Below, piece after piece: positions 62,318 to 64,000 of a stretch of DNA of 64,000 nt. The translations under genes and the position numbers were made by a program. The notes under the pieces were generated by a model. It had not been told where the DNA came from and searched no databases. It worked only from the letters and a program-made list of their open reading frames with translations. The stretch is from contig NC_058368.1 in NCBI RefSeq assembly GCF_018350175.1, forward strand, positions 92,692,001 to 92,756,000, in the 5' to 3' direction. Source of the stretch: Felis catus (taxonomy: Eukaryota). The stretch's first letter is position 1. Each line of letters begins with the position of its first letter.

Positions 62318-63213
62318 TCAAAGAGTCCCCTGTAATATTTCTTGCAGGGCTGGTATAATGGTCACAAACTCCTTTAGTTTTTATTTGTCTGGGAAACTCT
62401 TTATCTCTTTTTCTATTCTGAATGACTACCTTGCTGGATGGAATATTCTCAACTACAGATTTTTCCCATTTAGCACTTTGAATATATCATGCCATTCCCT
62501 TTTGGCTTGGAAAATTTCTGTTGAAAAATCTTCTGCTAGCCTTATGGCTTTTCCCTTATAAGTTAGTGTTTTCTTTTGTCTTGCTGATTTAAGGGTTTTG
62601 TTTGTTTGTTTGTTTTGTTTGTTTACCACCATACTGTTTCAGTTTAATTGTAATATGTCTTGGTGTGAGTCTGCTTTTATTGATTTTGATGGGGGTTCTC
62701 TGTGCCTCCTGGATCTGGATGTCTGTTTCCTTCCCCAGATTAGGAAAGTATTCAGCTGTTATTTCTTCAAATAAATTTTCTGCTCCCTTTCTGTCTCTTC
62801 TTCTTCTTGGACTCCTATAATATGAATGTTATTATGTCTGATGGAGTCATTGAGTTCCTTAGGTCTATTCTCATTTTGCATAATTCTTTTTTCTCTCTTT
62901 TGTTCAGCTTGATTACTTTCTGTAACTCTGTCTTCTAGGTCATTAATTCATTCCCCTGTTTTTTCCATCCTGCTGTTCATTCTATCAACTGTGTTTCTCA
63001 TTTTGTTCATTGTTCCCTTTATCCCTGCTATGTCATTCCTTACCTGTCTTCTAAGAGTCTCAGTCATGTCTTCCATTCTTTACTCAAGTCCAGTGAGTGT
63101 CCTTATGATCACTGCTTTAAATTTTCTATCAGTCATGTTATGTATATCTGTTTTGCTTAGATATTTGGGGCCTTGTTCTTTCATTTGGGATAAATTTCTC
63201 TCTGTCTCCTCAT
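62318..63213 (-). pseudogene. L1 ORF1 remnant (RNA-binding protein), disrupted
   Basis: C-terminal domain reads KGKAIRLAEDFSTEIFQAKREWHDIFKVLNGKNL*LRIFHPAR*SFRIEKEIKSFPDK*KLKEFVTIIPALQEILQGTL*; candidate ATG at 63213 (MRRQR..). Confidence 0.9.
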
Positions 63214-64000
63214 TTTGTCCGCCTCTCTCTGTTTTTCTGTGTTAAGAAAGTCATATGTGTCTTCTGCTCTTGAAAGAAATGACTTTATGAAGAAAAGGTG
63301 CTGGAGTGCCCTGGAGTGCTGTGTCCAGTGCTGTGTCCGCTGTTCACCAGAACCTGGCACTTCAGGAGAATATCCTGCATATGTTGAATATGCCCTGCTG
63401 TTGTGTCTCAGTCACTTCTTCCTTTCAATGCAGTCAGCTGCACTGACCCTCTGCCTGTTGTGGGCTGTGCTTGCTCTCTGTGGTGTTGGTGGGATGCAGG
63501 CAGGCCAGCTCTGAGGGGGAGTGCCCACTGGAGAACTTGGGAGTGGGGAGGCAGTGTTAGCAAAATTTGTGCTGGGCCAATAGTCCTAAGCTGGATCCCC
63601 CAAGCACTGTGGGGGCTAGAGGCTGTGTGCTGGGGCGGCAAGAGGTGCCAGGTTGGGCACGGCAGGCAACAATGGCTGGGCGCAGCTGGGCCCTGTGTGT
63701 GATGGTGGCTGGGGACAAGCAGCTGGGTTGTCCAGCTGCTGGGGGTGGCTGGGGGTACATGGCTGGGCACATTAAGGTGGATGTGCCAGGGTGTGAGGGC
63801 AGCTGTACAGCCAATGGCTGTGCAGGGCTCATGGGAGGCTTTAACAAAATTTGCCCAGGCTGGAGTGGGTGAGTCCTCAGGAGAACTCGTGGGCATAGCT
63901 CACTGCTAGGAGGTTAGGTAGCAAGTGTCTGTACAGCCCCACCTCCCTTAGATGGCCCTGTGTTTATGCTGGTGGGTGAGGGAGGAAAATGGCTCCTGCC

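Larger units (their letters stand above)
56484..64000 (-). mobile_element. Near-full-length decayed carnivore LINE-1 (5' UTR runs off window end)
   Basis: Collinear 3' UTR, ORF2, spacer, ORF1 and GC-rich 5' UTR; carries five SINEs and one nested L1 fragment. Confidence 0.96.

Noticed and set aside
63215..63896. Several 96-162 aa ORFs in the GC-rich end (possible ORF0-like)
   Set aside because: Inside the decayed L1 5' UTR; open in multiple frames because of high GC; no evidence of coding constraint.
1..64000. CRISPR-like or regularly spaced repeat system, NUMT, endogenous viral gene
   Set aside because: Recurring repeats are irregularly spaced SINEs with individual TSDs; I recognised no mitochondrial, gag/pol/env or other viral sequence by eye.

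Overview
Mammalian nuclear non-coding DNA, almost certainly felid (cat family), judged from the Can-SINE (SINEC_Fc-type) and carnivore LINE-1 sequences. The window is dominated by transposable elements. There are about 54 tRNA-derived Can-SINEs (about 40 on the - strand, 14 on the + strand) and several LINE-1 copies of different ages, including one near-full-length decayed element at about 56.5-64 kb with recognisable ORF1 and ORF2 remnants. Older MIR, L2, MaLR LTR and MER5-type DNA transposon relics and many microsatellites are also present. I found no host protein-coding exon, structural RNA gene, CRISPR array or prokaryotic feature that I can support. Nearly all ORF-track entries are SINE, L1 or microsatellite read-throughs. 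I did not find a convincing novel biological system. The best observations are insertion-history structures: serial re-use of one target site, L1-in-L1 and L1-in-SINE nesting, and two neighbouring SINEs sharing private variants. There is also a strong strand bias and a few candidate enhancer motif clusters. Repeat family names are from visual recognition, not a database search, and boundaries are approximate (about +/-10-30 bp, more for ancient repeats).
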